DNA from: Nageia nagi | Taxonomy: Eukaryota > Plantae > Pinophyta | DNA: 64,000 bases | Reading direction: 5' to 3' | Assembly: GCA_050084985.1 (NCBI GenBank) | Contig: JBITNC010000002.1 | Coordinates: 18,662,001 to 18,726,000, forward strand | In this document: piece after piece, positions 13,500-27,554 of the stretch | Layout: every line of letters starts with the position of its first letter | Numbering within the stretch: position 1 is the first letter of the stretch | Notes under the pieces: generated by a model | Databases searched by the model: none | The model's input: the letters and a program-made list of their open reading frames with translations, nothing else | What the model was told of the DNA's origin: nothing | Program-made: the position numbers and the translations under genes

Positions 13500-14240
13500 T
13501 CAAAGGTCAGTTACTCAAAAGACCTAACCTATAACTCTTTACATTATACTTTTATATCAAATGAGTAAATTACACAAATAAAAATCAATTGATCATGTTA
13601 GGAAAGGTCTCTAACATGATAAGATGTGATAAATATGAATCCACTATTTTTTCAACTTTATTTTCCTTAGAAAAAGTTACATTATGCTTGTTCTTGTCAC
13701 CATTATGATTGTTCACCTCTTTCTTTCTACACTCATTGTTGTAATGATTAAATTTGTTACAATACAAATATAGTACATGAGATTTATCTTGCCTTAGATC
13801 TACATATGCATGATTATGAGTTATGTATATATCTCTTCCAACTACTTTGTGAAAATTACAATTTGTTCATACTTTATGTTTTATATTTCACCTTTTCAAA
13901 AACTTCTTGCACTATCTTTAATGCTCCTTCCTAATGAATCACCATGATGATGATATCCTTTTTTGGCTTTTTTCTTTCTAAAATACATGTTATTTAAATA
14001 TATTCTTAAGAAAAAGACTATCTATCATATTCAAGTTATTTAACCTTTTAGTATGCGTTTGTAAAGAAACCATAATATCTTTAAAATTAAACATTGATAA
14101 ATCTTTATTAAATTTATCAAATACATTCTCTTATACTTTAATAAAACCTTTTAATTAATTTATTCTTCACAAAATCTTGAAAGTAGAAAAGTTTTTCATT
14201 TTAATACTTCAATATTTACAATACTTTCTATTAAATTAAG
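13500..14240 (-). mobile_element. Ty1/copia gag fragment
   Basis: Zinc knuckle YCNKFNHYNNECRKK (ORF 13585-13767) and a decayed IMxSLQTH gag motif near 14050-14080. Confidence 0.7.
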
Positions 14241-15437
14241 AAACTGAGAATTTAAAACACTTCTATTCCCATATAACATTAAAACTTAATTAAAAGCTGA
14301 ACTGAACTCAATCTTTCCTCTAAAAACTATATACAGAACTAAGCAATATCATGAACAAATACATTGAAATTAAACCGCATACTATCACAATAAATTCTGT
14401 TGAGAAAATTTTTCCAAAATTTTATCCTGCAAATAAAAAGTTATAGCTATCCCCAAAGTTATAGCTTTCTTTGAATAAAGTCGGCAAAAAAGAAAAGAAA
14501 AAAAACTGATTAAAACTTTATTGCAAAGCAACATCTATCAAATGTTACTTTCCCTTACATTGCATTTCGCTTACATAGATATTTTTCGAATGCTCATTCT
14601 AGAGATGAGGTCCACCATCACTTTCAGATTATAGTACTGCGATGTTAAGCATAGCCCTATACGTCCTATATTATGATCATCCAAATCTACTGCTTTTTTT
14701 CCTGTTTGCAATTTCCTCATTCTATTTTTCCTCGTAACGACACTTCGCATGAACACCTTCTATATTGTCAGAGATTGATTAGTCGACATTTATTATGCAC
14801 GGAACAACTCCACGTCCCAATTAATATTTTTAATCCAAATTCATTTGTTACTTTTATTATACTTATTTTTCCCATTAATTTTTAGTTTATTATGGATATA
14901 TTTTTAAATATTATAATACTAGTAATTGCAATTTTGTGCAATAGATATCCTAATATTATTAATGGTTTAAATCATAATATTAAAGTAGAAGTATTTTGCT
15001 TGTAAACTTCCTTAATTATTTAAACTAATAATTAAATGAAGTGAAAAATAGTAATTGATAATATTGTTTATAGCAATTGATGTATATCAAATATTTAAAT
15101 CTATAGATAACATTTCATAATTAATTACAATCTTTTTTATGTAGTTGTGTTTAAGTTTATACTTTTTTATGTCCATGGTTAAGAATTTGAATTAATTTTT
15201 TCATGAATTTATATTTTATCATTAACATTTATCTAATAAAGAGGTTTGATGTATTGTAGAGACATTTTACACGATATTTGCATCCCAAAATAAACTTATG
15301 ATTCTATGTTATTTGTAAATCTTATCTAATCAATAATTTTGATATGTTGTAGAGATATCTAAAATGACATTTACATCTCATCCTCTTTTTGTATTATGGT
15401 AGTATATGAGGAATCTTTTATATTTATCTTTCTTAAC

Positions 15438-18400
15438 ACCTCCCCCAAGTAATATAAAAATAAACAAATGATAATTTCATAAAGAATTCAATATATTGCA
15501 AAACATAATTAGAACGACGATAATAATTTGATTGTATATAACTATATATTTTTTAATAATGTTTATATATCAATTTAAAGACTTAATTATCATAATTAAA
15601 TACATGTACTTTCTTTATTTTATTTATTCAAAAACCCTATTTACTATCAATAATATTTTACTATTATTTATTATGTTAATATTCAAATCTTGTGGAGTAG
15701 AAGTATCTGGTGGAGTACTCAAATGTGAATCTTGTCACATCTTTTTATACCATATTGGTTTATGTGAGTGATCAAGTGCCACACTTAAAACTAGATAATG
15801 ATCATCAAAAATGATGATTGGACCATTATCTAAATCAGGTGGTATTGCAGGTGGACTAGTGGGAGGCTCACTAGTCTCATCAAATATGACATCTCTATTG
15901 ATATGTATCCTCTGAGTAATAGGATACATAAGCATATAGCCTTTGGATTCATCACTATACCTAAGAATAATGCATGTCAAGGACTTATCTTTTGATTTCA
16001 TCCTTGTCTCTTTAGGAATATGCATGTAGGTAGTGTGACCAAATATTTAATGATGTCAGGTATATGGTTTCTCACCTGACCATGAGGTGTTATTCATGTA
16101 AGAGATTTTATGGGTACTATACTAAAAAAAATATACAATAGTCCTTACTACATTGACCCATAATATTATACCAAACTTTATATCATTCAACATGCTTCTC
16201 ATTGTTTCCATAATGGTTCAACTTTTTATAACTCAATTTTGTTGATGCATGTATGATGTGGTCATCTATCGCCAAATTTCATGCTTTTTAAAAAAAGTAG
16301 TAAATACCTTTTATGTGTACTCTCCTTCTCGATTTGAGTAGAGTACATGGATGTGATAGTTAGTTTCATTGTCCACATAATATTGAACTCTTCAAAGAAG
16401 ATAGAGGTATGTTCACTTTTATCTCAAATAGTAGATCCAAGTCTTTTCGAAGTAATCATCTAAAACTAACAAGAAGTAGTGATACTTAGTGTAACTAATT
16501 TTTATTGGACCATACAAATTAGAATGGATCACATCCAAATGTCATTTAGAATAATGTATGCTATCCTTAAAAGGAATTCAATGTTGATTTCCTAATATGT
16601 AAGTAGAACAAATAGAGGGAGGGGGAGCAAGATATGGAAGACCATGAACCATATTTCTATGTTGAAAAGTTATGATATAGTTGGGATTCATATGTCCAAA
16701 GAGTGGTGATATCTATGATATGAAATGTGATTGTTTGATTATTAGAGACCACAACATCAAGTAAGAACATCTTCCCAAATCCAATTTCCTTAACCATAAT
16801 TTGAGTGTTTTTGGACTTGTCTCGAATGAGACACCATTTTTCACCATTCAAAGTTTCAAATTCCATTTACAAGTTGTGATCCAACATTTGATCAATAAGT
16901 AGGAGATTCATTTTTAGTCATGAAACATACAAGACCTTCTTAATATCACAATTATGCTTCCCAAGATGGATTTACACTTATCCTTTCCCTTCAATGGCAT
17001 AGCCAAAAAATAGTAAGGCTAACCATAGGTGGAATAAACAAGGAGAAAAATTGGAGACCAAAATATATTGTACTGTAGAGGAGTAAAAAATACAAGGCTC
17101 TCTTGGAGCTAACAAAAAAAAATACACGTCTCATATTTTTTTTGTCCCCCCATCATCAAAAAATTTATGCATAGGCATTCTATAATATATACTAAGATAC
17201 AATATTATATTCTTGCTACTTAGTCAAACATAAAATTAAATATAGAATGGCTCTATGCATGCATTCTACTATCCATTCTATAAAAGGACATGCCCTTTCT
17301 ATCTACATGACATTGAATGTTGTAGAAGGTAGAGGAAGTCCATACTATTTCTATCTGCATGACATCTAAAAACCATTAAATGGTTGAAGGTAGATCAACC
17401 ATTTTGTACAAAACATTATTTTTGGTGTTCAAAAATTAATGTCAATAGTTGAGCATTTAATTTTAAGGTAGAAATCCCTTACAAATAACTTTTCAGAGTG
17501 TTAATTTGAGTTTGTATGCAATAGGGATGTCATAGTGTAATAAGACTTGGGTTTAAAATGGTATGTCATCCACCTAAATTAGCAGGTGCAACAAGTTCTA
17601 AATTCAAAGGTAACACATCCTAGATAGAGAGTAAAACATTTCTCAAAGATGAACACAACTTAAAGAGAGAGAAAATGTTAAGTCCTAGAGAACTAACTCT
17701 TGGGGATGGAGAGGATAATAGTGCTTAGGAAGAAGACTAGATAAGACATACCCTATAGTAGGAAGAATCAAGGCCTATAATAATAATGAATTCCTACAAG
17801 GAGATATTGCTAGGGGAGTAATAGAACTGATTTGCAATCACTAAGTCTCATAGTTTGGGAAGTAAGATTAGAAAGGGAACAAAGCTTGGTAACACACAAA
17901 ATGAAAAAGAGATAGAGCCCAAAGATTGGATCGTTAATACCTGGAGTGAAGACAACCCCAAGAAGGGAGTAACACCACTCAGAGCATAGCGATAGAGCCC
18001 AAAGTCTAGAGATTAACATTTTCAATAGGGTATGTCATCCCTTAACTGTACTTTACTAGGATAAGATTTCTAATCCAAGGACATAATCCAATCTATTTTA
18101 CCAATCATATGCTTCATAGCACCAAAATCAACATACCAAAGTGGATGTGATGGATGGTTACTCTTGATGGCAAGAGAAAAATCTTCAATTACCTCTTCTT
18201 CTTTATCATCAACAACATTCCCTTCTTGCTTCCTATGGAATATTTTATTCTTTGAGATGGTCCTCCTTACTTGAAATTCTTATCACTTGAGTATCTTTGA
18301 GTGAAAAAATTGTAATAACAATTTTGGATTTCATGCCCTTACTTACAAAAATCATGGCTTGTTGGTTTTTTTGGGAAATTTCTATACATGCTGATATGAA

Positions 18401-19000
18401 ATCATTTCTTACTCTTATTGTTTGGATTTTTCATGAAATACTTCTTCTTGTTGGAGCATGTTCACCAACTCTTCAAAATTTAGTTTCTATTTTGTGATAT
18501 CCAAGGAGGTTATAAAAATGAGAAATGACTCTTGAAGTGCTCTTAAGATGATGGGTATAAGGATCTTATCTTCAACCTTCTCTCCTAGTACTTGAAGAGA
18601 GAAATGAAGTGTCACAACTTGAAATAGATAAGATTCCAACTTTTCTCCACCTTTAGAATTCAAAGTATGTAACTTTCCATGAAGATGAAAAATATGATTT
18701 TGATTTTTGGACTCAAATACTTGCTACAATTTCTTCTAGCCATCAATAGCATTTTTGGAATCATGTATATGGGGTTGTACATCATTCAAGATTCAAATAA
18801 AAACTATCTTATTTATTTTTTTGTTGCATTGGTCAAATTCATTTTGTCGATCTCCAATAGCTTTTAGATACTCCTTTATCCGTTCAACAATTTTCCAAAC
18901 ACCTTCCAATTCAAGAATGGCTTGAATTTTCATGTTCCATGGTGCATAATTGTACCCTTTCAAGACTTAAGAGTTATGAAGGAGCAATTTCACAGCATGT
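15438..19000 (-). mobile_element. Decayed Ty1/copia element (gag-protease-integrase; RT/RNase H absent)
   Basis: gag KGYNYAPWNMKIQAILELEGVWKIV (~18960); protease WYVDFGAMKHMIG (~18140); integrase end CIILRYSDESKGY..INRDVIFDE (15735-16025). PPT GGGGGAGG at 15439-15446, followed by TGTTAAG LTR start at 15438. Outer LTR limits not resolved. Confidence 0.8.
17002..18024 (+). mobile_element. Non-coding LTR-element fragment inserted in the copia protease region; LTR 17676-18018
   Basis: Interrupts the copia reading frame between VQLRDDIPY and AIEGKG. Purine tract AAAGAGAGAGAAAA (17662-17675) is followed by TGTTAA...TTAACA (343 bp). Confidence 0.6.
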
Positions 19001-19882
19001 GTTAGTTTTATACACAAATACCAAAAATTATTAACTTTACATAGATTGTATACAAGATATTCTAGGAGTCAAAACCCAAAACTGTGAAATGGAACCCAAT
19101 TTAAGATAAATGGTATTAAATGAAGAATAAAAATTATAATAATCATCTCCTATGATGAGAGAAATTATCCTCTATGTCTACCTCGTAACCACTTTTAAAT
19201 TTTCTCTTGACTACATGTTGTTGGTAACATGTTTCAAATAAATAAAAACTAAGATACCTTTGCTCAACCAATTGATCAAACAACAAAGGAATACTTTCTC
19301 TTAGCACTTACAAGAGCAAATAAAAAAATCATAGCTTGAATTTGAACTCATAAAAGTTTGATAACAAATAAAGACTTAGCATAATTACCCTCAAAATATG
19401 AACTCTATCACCTTTAGGGAGAAAAAATGAAGTTGCAATAATTGTAGCTCCTTTTCTTAGTTAATGGGTGCTCTTTAGCAAGCATCTCTAAATGTAAACA
19501 CATTCAACTAGCAATGATGAGTGGTAGAGATGATGGCACATGTAGTCTTTGTGATGAAAAGATAAAATAAAACATGTACTGGCTAGTTCTATTAAAAGAA
19601 ATGAAAATGATAATCAAGTATATTGCAGAATTGACCCTTGAAAACATTTAACAAATATAAAATACTTTTTTGAATTTAATATTTCTTAGAGGAAGAAAAT
19701 ATTATAAAGCACTTAAGATATGGAAATGTTACTGCTTCAAAATAATTATAGTTAGAAAATCTCCACCTAAAATATCTTTAGAAAAATTCGTATAGTATAG
19801 TTTGTTTATTTGATAAGAGTAAAATGAGCTTATAAGCTAACCCTTAAGCATTATCAATGTATATGCTCCAAATAATGCTTAA

Positions 19883-21606
19883 GATAGGCAGAATCTCTAA
19901 TGGTTGACTAATATATCTCTTTTCTCCATCACCTAAATTGACAATCAAAGATTTCAATATGATTTAATATACCAATAAATGATTTAATATACCAATAAAA
20001 TTTATTCTTTCTATTATTCATTGGTTTTATAGAAAATTTAAGGTGTGGAACTTCATTAAAAATTAATTGGGCCTTTGAGACTTTATTTCCTATTTTCCTC
20101 GCTCTTCCTTTTGTATACATATGTAATTCTTCTCATCTAATAGTAGTAGGGAGAAAATAGAGTATTTAAGCTCCTTGAAAGATATGATTAATGATAAAGG
20201 AACCTTTTCCTTTTCTCATTTGATTACTTTGAATTCATTTATGTATACTATCTCTGATTCCATCATATTTTATAATTGGTACATATTTTTTCTCTATTAT
20301 AATTTTTACTTTTGTGAAGAGTTTCTTTGTATCTCAAAGGTCATCCAAAGAGATGATTGTGAAGAATCATTGTTCAGTACTTTAAGGCAGTTACACAATC
20401 TAATACAATACATTTGATGTTTGAAGTAAATCCCTGCCTGACATTGGTACCAGAGCCTTGGTGTTTCTCACATCTTACTCCATAGAAACTGCTCAAAAGT
20501 CCATTCACTTTCTGTCCCGCAACTCTACATTCTTGTTTCTCTGAAACGGTATTCCATAATCTCGTGTGTTTGGAGAGACTGTTTGCTGTCTCCTATGAGA
20601 GGAACGAGCTTTGCATGTTCTATCCCAATTTGTAGCAGCTACCCACTTCGCGGAGCACCATCACCTCCTGCCACTTCGAGGAGCGCCACGACCACCAACG
20701 TTGCCTGCCACCTCCCATGCGTGGCAACCTGTTTCCCGTGCGCCTACCTCGAGCTGCCCCTCCTCCTACGCCTACCAACGTGAGACTCGTTTCATCCATT
20801 TTGCCTTACGTTGTTTTGCTCTGCAGGCCGAGACCACCCGACTGTACAACTACAGTGCTACCACAGCGCCACCACCCGACTGATCCAGCACCGTTTTTCA
20901 TCACCATGGTTTCCCACCACCACCTCCCAGAGACTACCTCCCACATGCGCGTCTGCGCCACATCACGGAGCCCTCCAGCCTACGGTGAGCCGACTGTGAC
21001 CCCTCCTCTTCTCCTTCACGCACGCCACTCTACTCTCGCGCTGTTTACCACTTTCAGCTCGCGCGCCCGTTCATTTCAGTCTGCTCGCCCAAAACAACAC
21101 CCGCGCCTCTGTAATGGAACGTGTGACTACGTGCACCATTCAAACGCACCCACGTCAAGCTCCAGCAGTCTGCACCCTGCCGCCCATTATCTGACCAGCT
21201 GACTTGGACCCGCTCCTCAACAGTTTGACCGCCACATCAGCATTCCGACCGCCACCTCAGCATTTGGGTCCACAAATTTTGTTAAGTTAACAAATATTTA
21301 ATTTTTTGACAGTTGTACAAAATACAGAGAGGAGTTATAAGGTGTTTTAATGTTTTTTTTTTTTTTTAAAAAAAATTGAGACATTTTTGTTCATATTTTA
21401 CTCAAATTAGCTCTGTTATTGGTCAATTTTTTTGCATTAGTCTACAAGTTTAAGGATGACTGATAAGAGAAAGAGTTATTGGCAAGTCATAAGAATGTAA
21501 TTGGTGAATATGATCTGAATGAGTTTGATAAAATATTTGATGAATTTGGTGTTGAATGTGGTTGGTACACATCTAATCACTATTGAGGCGGAAATATGTA
21601 GGCAGA
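19883..21606 (+). mobile_element. Non-autonomous LTR element with GC-rich non-coding interior; 3' LTR reduced to a stub
   Basis: LTR end CTGCCTGACA at 20443. PBS TGGTACCAGAGC at 20445-20456 (Met-tRNA type, 1 mismatch). PPT GAGGCGGAAA at 21585-21594, then TGTAGGCAG at 21597, an inverted match to the LTR end. The 5' start (~19883, ATAGGCAG) is tentative. Confidence 0.65.
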
Positions 21607-21822
21607 GCATTAGTGAAAATATTGGCAAGTTGGTCTTCATACTTACTTAGGTAGAGCGTTAGTGAAAATATTTGCAAGTTGGTCTTCATTCATACTTAGA
21701 TAGAGTGTTAGTGAAAATATCTGCAAGTTGGTCTTCATACTTACTTAGGTAGAGTGTTAGTGAAAATATCTGCAAGTTGGTCTTCATACTTACTTAGGTA
21801 AAGCGTTAGTGAAAATATCTTG
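21599..21822. repeat. 49-bp tandem repeat x4.5 derived from the copia RNase H motif
   Basis: Units start at 21599, 21648, 21697, 21746 and 21795. The minus strand of a unit encodes YEDQLADIFTNALPK*. Confidence 0.92.
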
Positions 21823-24800
21823 CATAAAATGATACCATATGTCAATATGCTTGTTGCGGTTGTGAAACACCAAGTTTTTGATCATTGCAATAGTGTTGGT
21901 ATTATCATAGTATATGGAAATGGGCAAGGGAGGGGACAAACCTAAGTATTCAAATAATTGAGCCATATAAATGTCTTGAGTGAAAGTAGAGGAGGAAACC
22001 ATGTATTCTACTTTAGTAGTGGAAAGAGGAATAGTATCTTGCTTCTTGCTGTCCAGATATAAGAGATCCAAAAAATAAGAAAATTTAGCTAAGGGTTTTT
22101 TGTTTTTTTTATCATCAAGAATTATGGATCAATCAACATCTAAATAGGTTGTAAGGATATCAAAATCAAAGGATTTATACCATATACCAAATAATTTGGT
22201 GCCACTAACATACCAAAAGATCCTCTTAGCTACTTTCCAATGAGATTCATATGGTGAGTGCATGAATCGAGCCACAAGGCTAACTGCATACATGATATTG
22301 GGTCAGGTAGCTATAAGATATATGAGACTACAAATAAGTGACTAGTACAAGGTGGCATCCACAAGAGGAGTGTAATCCACCATGAGTTTAGTGCCAAGAA
22401 CTATTGGAGTGTAAATAGGTTTGCAATCCTTCATTGAAAATCGAGCAAGCATATCATCAACATACTTATACTAAGTGATGACGATACTAGGAGATGATTG
22501 TTGTGCTTACATGCCAAGAAAGTATTACATGCCACCCAAATCACTCATCTTAAACTCTATAGTCATGGCACTTTTGAATATATGTTGCATAGAAGAGGAA
22601 ATTCTCATAAAGATAATATCATCAACATACAAATGAATGATGATGAAAATATGTTTGAATACCTTACTCTACATGGTAGCTTCCACGGAGCACCTTTGAT
22701 AACCATTCAAATGGGAATAAGTATCAATTTGGGAGTACCAGGCTCTTGGTGCTCGCTTGAGCCCATAGAGAGTTTTCTTCAATCGGTACACTTTATCTTC
22801 ATGGCTAGCAATTATGAATCCTTGAGGTTGATGCACATATACTTCTTTCCTAAAATATCCATTTAGGAAGGCATACTTGATATCTATTTGGTACAAACTA
22901 AGACAAAGATGTGATGCTAAAGAAACAAGTGAGCGAACTATCTCAAGTATGAAAACTTACGTAAAGATCTCTTCATATTCAAGCACTTTTTTCTAAACAT
23001 AGCCCTTAGCCATCAGCTGGGCCTTATGTTTAGCAAGGCTACCATTAATATTATGCTTGAGCTTATAGATCCATATGACTCCAATAACATTTCAATGCTT
23101 TAAATAAGGGACAAGGTCCCAAGAATTATTCTTCTGGATCTACTCAATCTCTTCTTCTATAGAATTTTTCTAATCTTTATTCGCAACAACTTCTTTGAAT
23201 TTGGAAGGCTCAATAAGAGAAGAGAAAATCAAGACATAATTGGTGATTTGATCAACCCCCATGCTTGTTGTCGGGTCACTCTTCTACTAAAATATTTGTC
23301 CAATATTTGAGATTTTGGATGATCTCTAGAAACCCTTCTCTTGGAAGGAGTTATAGCCACAAGAAGGTTGGGTTGTTGATGCTAGAGAGGTTGGGGGGGT
23401 CTACATTATCTCAACCAGCTCATTAACACTAGAATTCTCAATTGTCAAAGTTATACCGAGGGCACCATAATCATTCTTGTATGTTCCTCCTTCATGAAAG
23501 ATCATATCTTGACTGACATGCAACTTTTGAGAAATTAGATCATAGCATCGATAAGCTTTGGATTCATTAGAGTATCCCATAAAGATATATTTAATGAATT
23601 TGTCATCCAATTTCTTCCTATTCTTCTTAGAAACATGCACATAATAGGTAGAGCTAAAGAATCAGAGGTGCGAGAGACTAAGTTTCTTACCAAACCAAGC
23701 CTCATAGGGGGTTGAATATTACATAACTTTGATGGGGCATCGATTCAAAATATAAAAAATAGTATGAATAACTTCCCTCCATAATTTATTTTCCATGCCC
23801 ATCTCCTTGAGCATGCTTTGGGCAATTTCAGTGAATGTCTAGTTCTTCCTCTTTGCAACTCCATTCTGGTATGGAGTGTAGGTAGTTGTGTACTACTACT
23901 TGATCTTATATTTTTGGTAGAAGGTATTGAACTTATTTGTAGTGAATTCACCACCATAGTCTATTCCAAACTTCTTGAGGTAATAACAAGATTGCTTCTC
24001 AACAAGTGCTTTAAACTTTATAAAAATTTCAAAAGCATCTAACTTGGCCTACAATAAATACAACCAACTCATTCTAGAATAATCATCAATAAAATGAGCA
24101 ATACTTGCACTTGGACAAGGTATGAGTCTATATTGGTCCACAAATATAAGCATGCATCAACCCTAAAGGTGCCTTTATACAGTGTCATTGGGAGGGAAAG
24201 GTTTCTCTATGTTGTTTCTCAAAAATGCAACTCTCATATAAAGTGTCAAGTGGTAGTGAGAAGGTAACCATACCTCTCACAACATTAGGTAGTCCTTTAA
24301 ACAAATGGAAATTGATGTGGTGACACCTTTGATGCCACAACCAAGCAAGATTAGTGATGGATTTTAGGCACTTGACTGCTACTGGATGCATGTTCACCAC
24401 ATACATGTGATTCTCAAACATAAGAATTTAGGCAATAAGTTGCTTGTTTCTCTCATTGGTAATGGTGTAGCTTTTCTTCCAAAAGACTAACATATAGTAT
24501 TTAAAGTACATTTGACCAATACTAAGGATATTATGCTCTAGATAGGAAACATACAAAGTATCATGTATATGCATGATCTTAATGAACTTTGCTTGAAAAG
24601 TAATAGTTCCCTTACTTGTAATGTCATCTTGATTGTTATCACCAAACCAAACTTTGCTAAAAGCATTATCTTCAAGCTAAGTAAATTTTTTTATATTTTT
24701 GATCATATGATTTGAGCATCTACTATCCAAAAACCAAATATGGTCATCAACAACATAAAAGTTGTTGTGTGTTAAAAACACATTATCAACACCATGCTCT

Positions 24801-25680
24801 TCAGTGTAGTGGGATTTCTACTCCTTTTTCAAGAAGCAATACTATTATGTGTGATTGTCCTTTCCATAGAAGTCACAACATCGGGGGGTTGAGCTCTAAC
24901 TTTTATTGGTTGACTAATCTCTACCTCTACCATGATCGCTTCTTCCATGACCTCTACCACAACCTCTTTAAGTAGATTTTGAACTAAAGGAAGTAGAAGG
25001 TTGATGATTCATTCGAATTACCTTGGAATGCTTGGCCTATGTTCTTAATTCCATCTTGGAGTTTATGCTCATATGTTTGTAGGCTTCCAAGCAATTTTGA
25101 GAGGGTGAATTGAGTTAAATCTCTAGACTCCTCAATTGCAATGGAGAGTGGATCAAACTTTCGAGGAAGGCTTCTCAACAATCTGGGTGTCACCAAGTTG
25201 CTCACTATGTGAATGAAGAGAATTCACTATATCTTGAACTCTATTCATGAAGAGTTCAATAGTTTGAGTATATCCCATTTTAAGGGATTCAAATTCTTTA
25301 TACGTAAGAGCTATAGCTTTGCTACTCTAACTCCAGATGATCCTTTGTAGGCACTCTTAATACTATCCCATGCAACCTTGTAGAATTTGAATTTTGCAAT
25401 ATTAGGGGATATGGTAACATTTATTCCACTTTGTATACCTTACAAAGCTTTCACATCCTTCTTTTGGGTATCCAAGTGCTCCTTCCTTGTATCTTTTGAG
25501 AGTGCAACATCAAGTTCAACATATCCATGATAAATAAGACTCCACAAATATTGTGAGATGAGAAAGGTTTGCATTTGGATGCTCCAGTATTCATGGTGCT
25601 CTCCACTAAACACAAGAATTTCTTATTATAATGAATTTCCACATTTTAACATAATAGAAAGTCTTGTTTCGATACTAATT
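21790..25680 (-). mobile_element. Decayed Ty1/copia gag-pol element, 3' LTR lost
   Basis: gag VFSGEHHEYWSIQMQTFLISQYLW (~25615); LRSLPRKFD; LWHQRCHHINF; integrase KLDDK..FMGYSNESKAYRCY; [25 protein letters not shown]; RNase H LSTTKVEY, HNRNKHIDI. Decayed PBS near 25667-25678. Confidence 0.9.
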
Positions 25681-26079
25681 AGATATTTTCAATGCTTATA
25701 GCTCTAGGATCTAACTCAATGATTCAATTATAACCTTCAGACTCTAAATAATGATTTGAGAATGCCAAGAAGTCTAAAATTTATAGTGGTTTTAGACCAA
25801 ACAAACAAACCCAAAATGTGAATATTGTGTAAAATTTGAATAGAGCTCAAAAAATGCTTTCCAACAAGGATTTACTCACCTTAAATGAACTTCTTATTAG
25901 GAATGGCATCCTTTCCAAGATTTTCTTTGGCAAAATAGTATGAAAAGGTCTCAACCTTAAAACTCTCATTGGTACCCTAGTTTAATTAAAAATTAAAGGA
26001 TCCTTTATCATCTAGAGTACTTGGAAATCTTGAGAATATTTCAAGAGCAAAATTTCATAAAAAAAGAAATATTTTATTG

Positions 26080-27554
26080 CTTCTATACCTCAGTTAAATG
26101 TTTGGTTTCCATTTAGTATCCAAGGTATCTACTTAGTTAATGTTCAATGGATTCATGCACAAAGATTTTTTAAAAGTGGAATTGCCTATTTGACTGATTT
26201 TGTGGGATGAATTTTGAAAGAGATTCAACCTCTTGGCTAAGGATATACCAACATATGAGGCTATGATTGAGAGTACCCCTTGGCTATATGGAACAAAGTC
26301 TTTTGATGATACCAAACATATTGGATGGGAGATTAGCTTTAGTCCAAAAATATCCCTCTATTACAATATAAATCCAAGTTAGGGTTCATGTGGTTATCTC
26401 TGGTTATTTCAATGTATTTCTTCCAAAAAATGTTAGATCTTATATTTTGGACCAATTTGGGAAAAAATGCTTGAACCCAAAATGAGCTTTCTTAGGTGGA
26501 GTGTGCTACATCAAGGCCTCCGCATTGGCTCAAGACTAAAATATGTGTGCTACTAATACAAGTTGTAAAAAATATCTGGAAGAGTAAGACTATAAAAATG
26601 TGTTCTAGGATTTCCCATGAACACGGGAAGCTTGGGATTGGATTGTTACTTTTTTCAAATCCTACATGAAAGCCTTTATTCTTGGGTTCACATTTTGTTA
26701 GGTGATCGTGTTGATTTTATTAAAAATATCTTAGTTATTTGGCATATTGTCAAAGGGGGTTTAATATTTCACTTATGGAAGAAAAGATGCAAAATCATAT
26801 TTTCAAATAGGAATCCTTCACTCTCCTTTTCTCTCTCTGATATATATGATGTATTCTGTGACTGTTGGTTACAAATTTACAATCAAGTGGAGAAGATCAA
26901 CATTGATATTCAACACTTATGGGGTATAATGGATTACTCAAGAAATGCTCCATGTGTGGTAAATAGGATCCCTCCTAAACTAGATGCAAGGTAGGCTACT
27001 CCACCATTCTCATATAGAAGACTCATCCTAGATCATGCAAAGGTTAGTCACATGTATGATACACATATCCTCACATAGGTAGGCACTGGTCTTAGCCACC
27101 TCTAGTTAATAAGATTCCTCATAAAAATAGAGTCTCCTCTTCCATACATAATGCAAGATAGTATTTATCTTCAAATTCTTTTGAAAAGGTTATTGATTAG
27201 GGTGGTAAAGTACTACCTTTAGGAAGTAGAAAATGCAGCTAATAATGCAATGAATATTGAGGTGGGCAAGGTCACTAGTAATGGCTGGGATGCCCCGAGT
27301 ATCCCACAAGGATGGCATTATGATTCTTTGTGTGAGAACTTTTATATGAGGAATAGTTGATTCTTAGGGTACGAGATTGATGATAATGTTGTTATTTTGG
27401 TATTGTGCTACTTTGATACTTGTATAGTCCTAGCCAATAATGCGATGCATTTAGTATGACTTGGTATATTTTGTGATATTTTGGGGAGTATTAATCCCTC
27501 CCACCCCTCTTTTTTTTCATGATAAAGTAATAAATGTACTTTTCATCCAAAAAA
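26080..27554 (+). mobile_element. 5'-truncated L1-type LINE (ORF2 zf-RVT region, 3' UTR, A tail)
   Basis: LEPKMSFLRWSVLHQGLRIGSRL (~26470-26540) and IFHLWKKRCKIIF (ORF 26617-26994) match LINE ORF2 C-terminal motifs. Ends in AATAAA...TCATCCAAAAAA. Confidence 0.65.

Noticed and set aside
19843-19883. 12-bp inverted repeat CTTAAGCATTAT/ATAATGCTTAAG as a Helitron end or miRNA hairpin
   Set aside because: AT-rich, no CTRR terminus, and too short for a miRNA precursor.
20583-21202. Overlapping ORFs (up to 161 aa) in the GC-rich island
   Set aside because: Open in several frames with low-complexity Pro/Thr/His content, as expected from GC richness; no domain motif.
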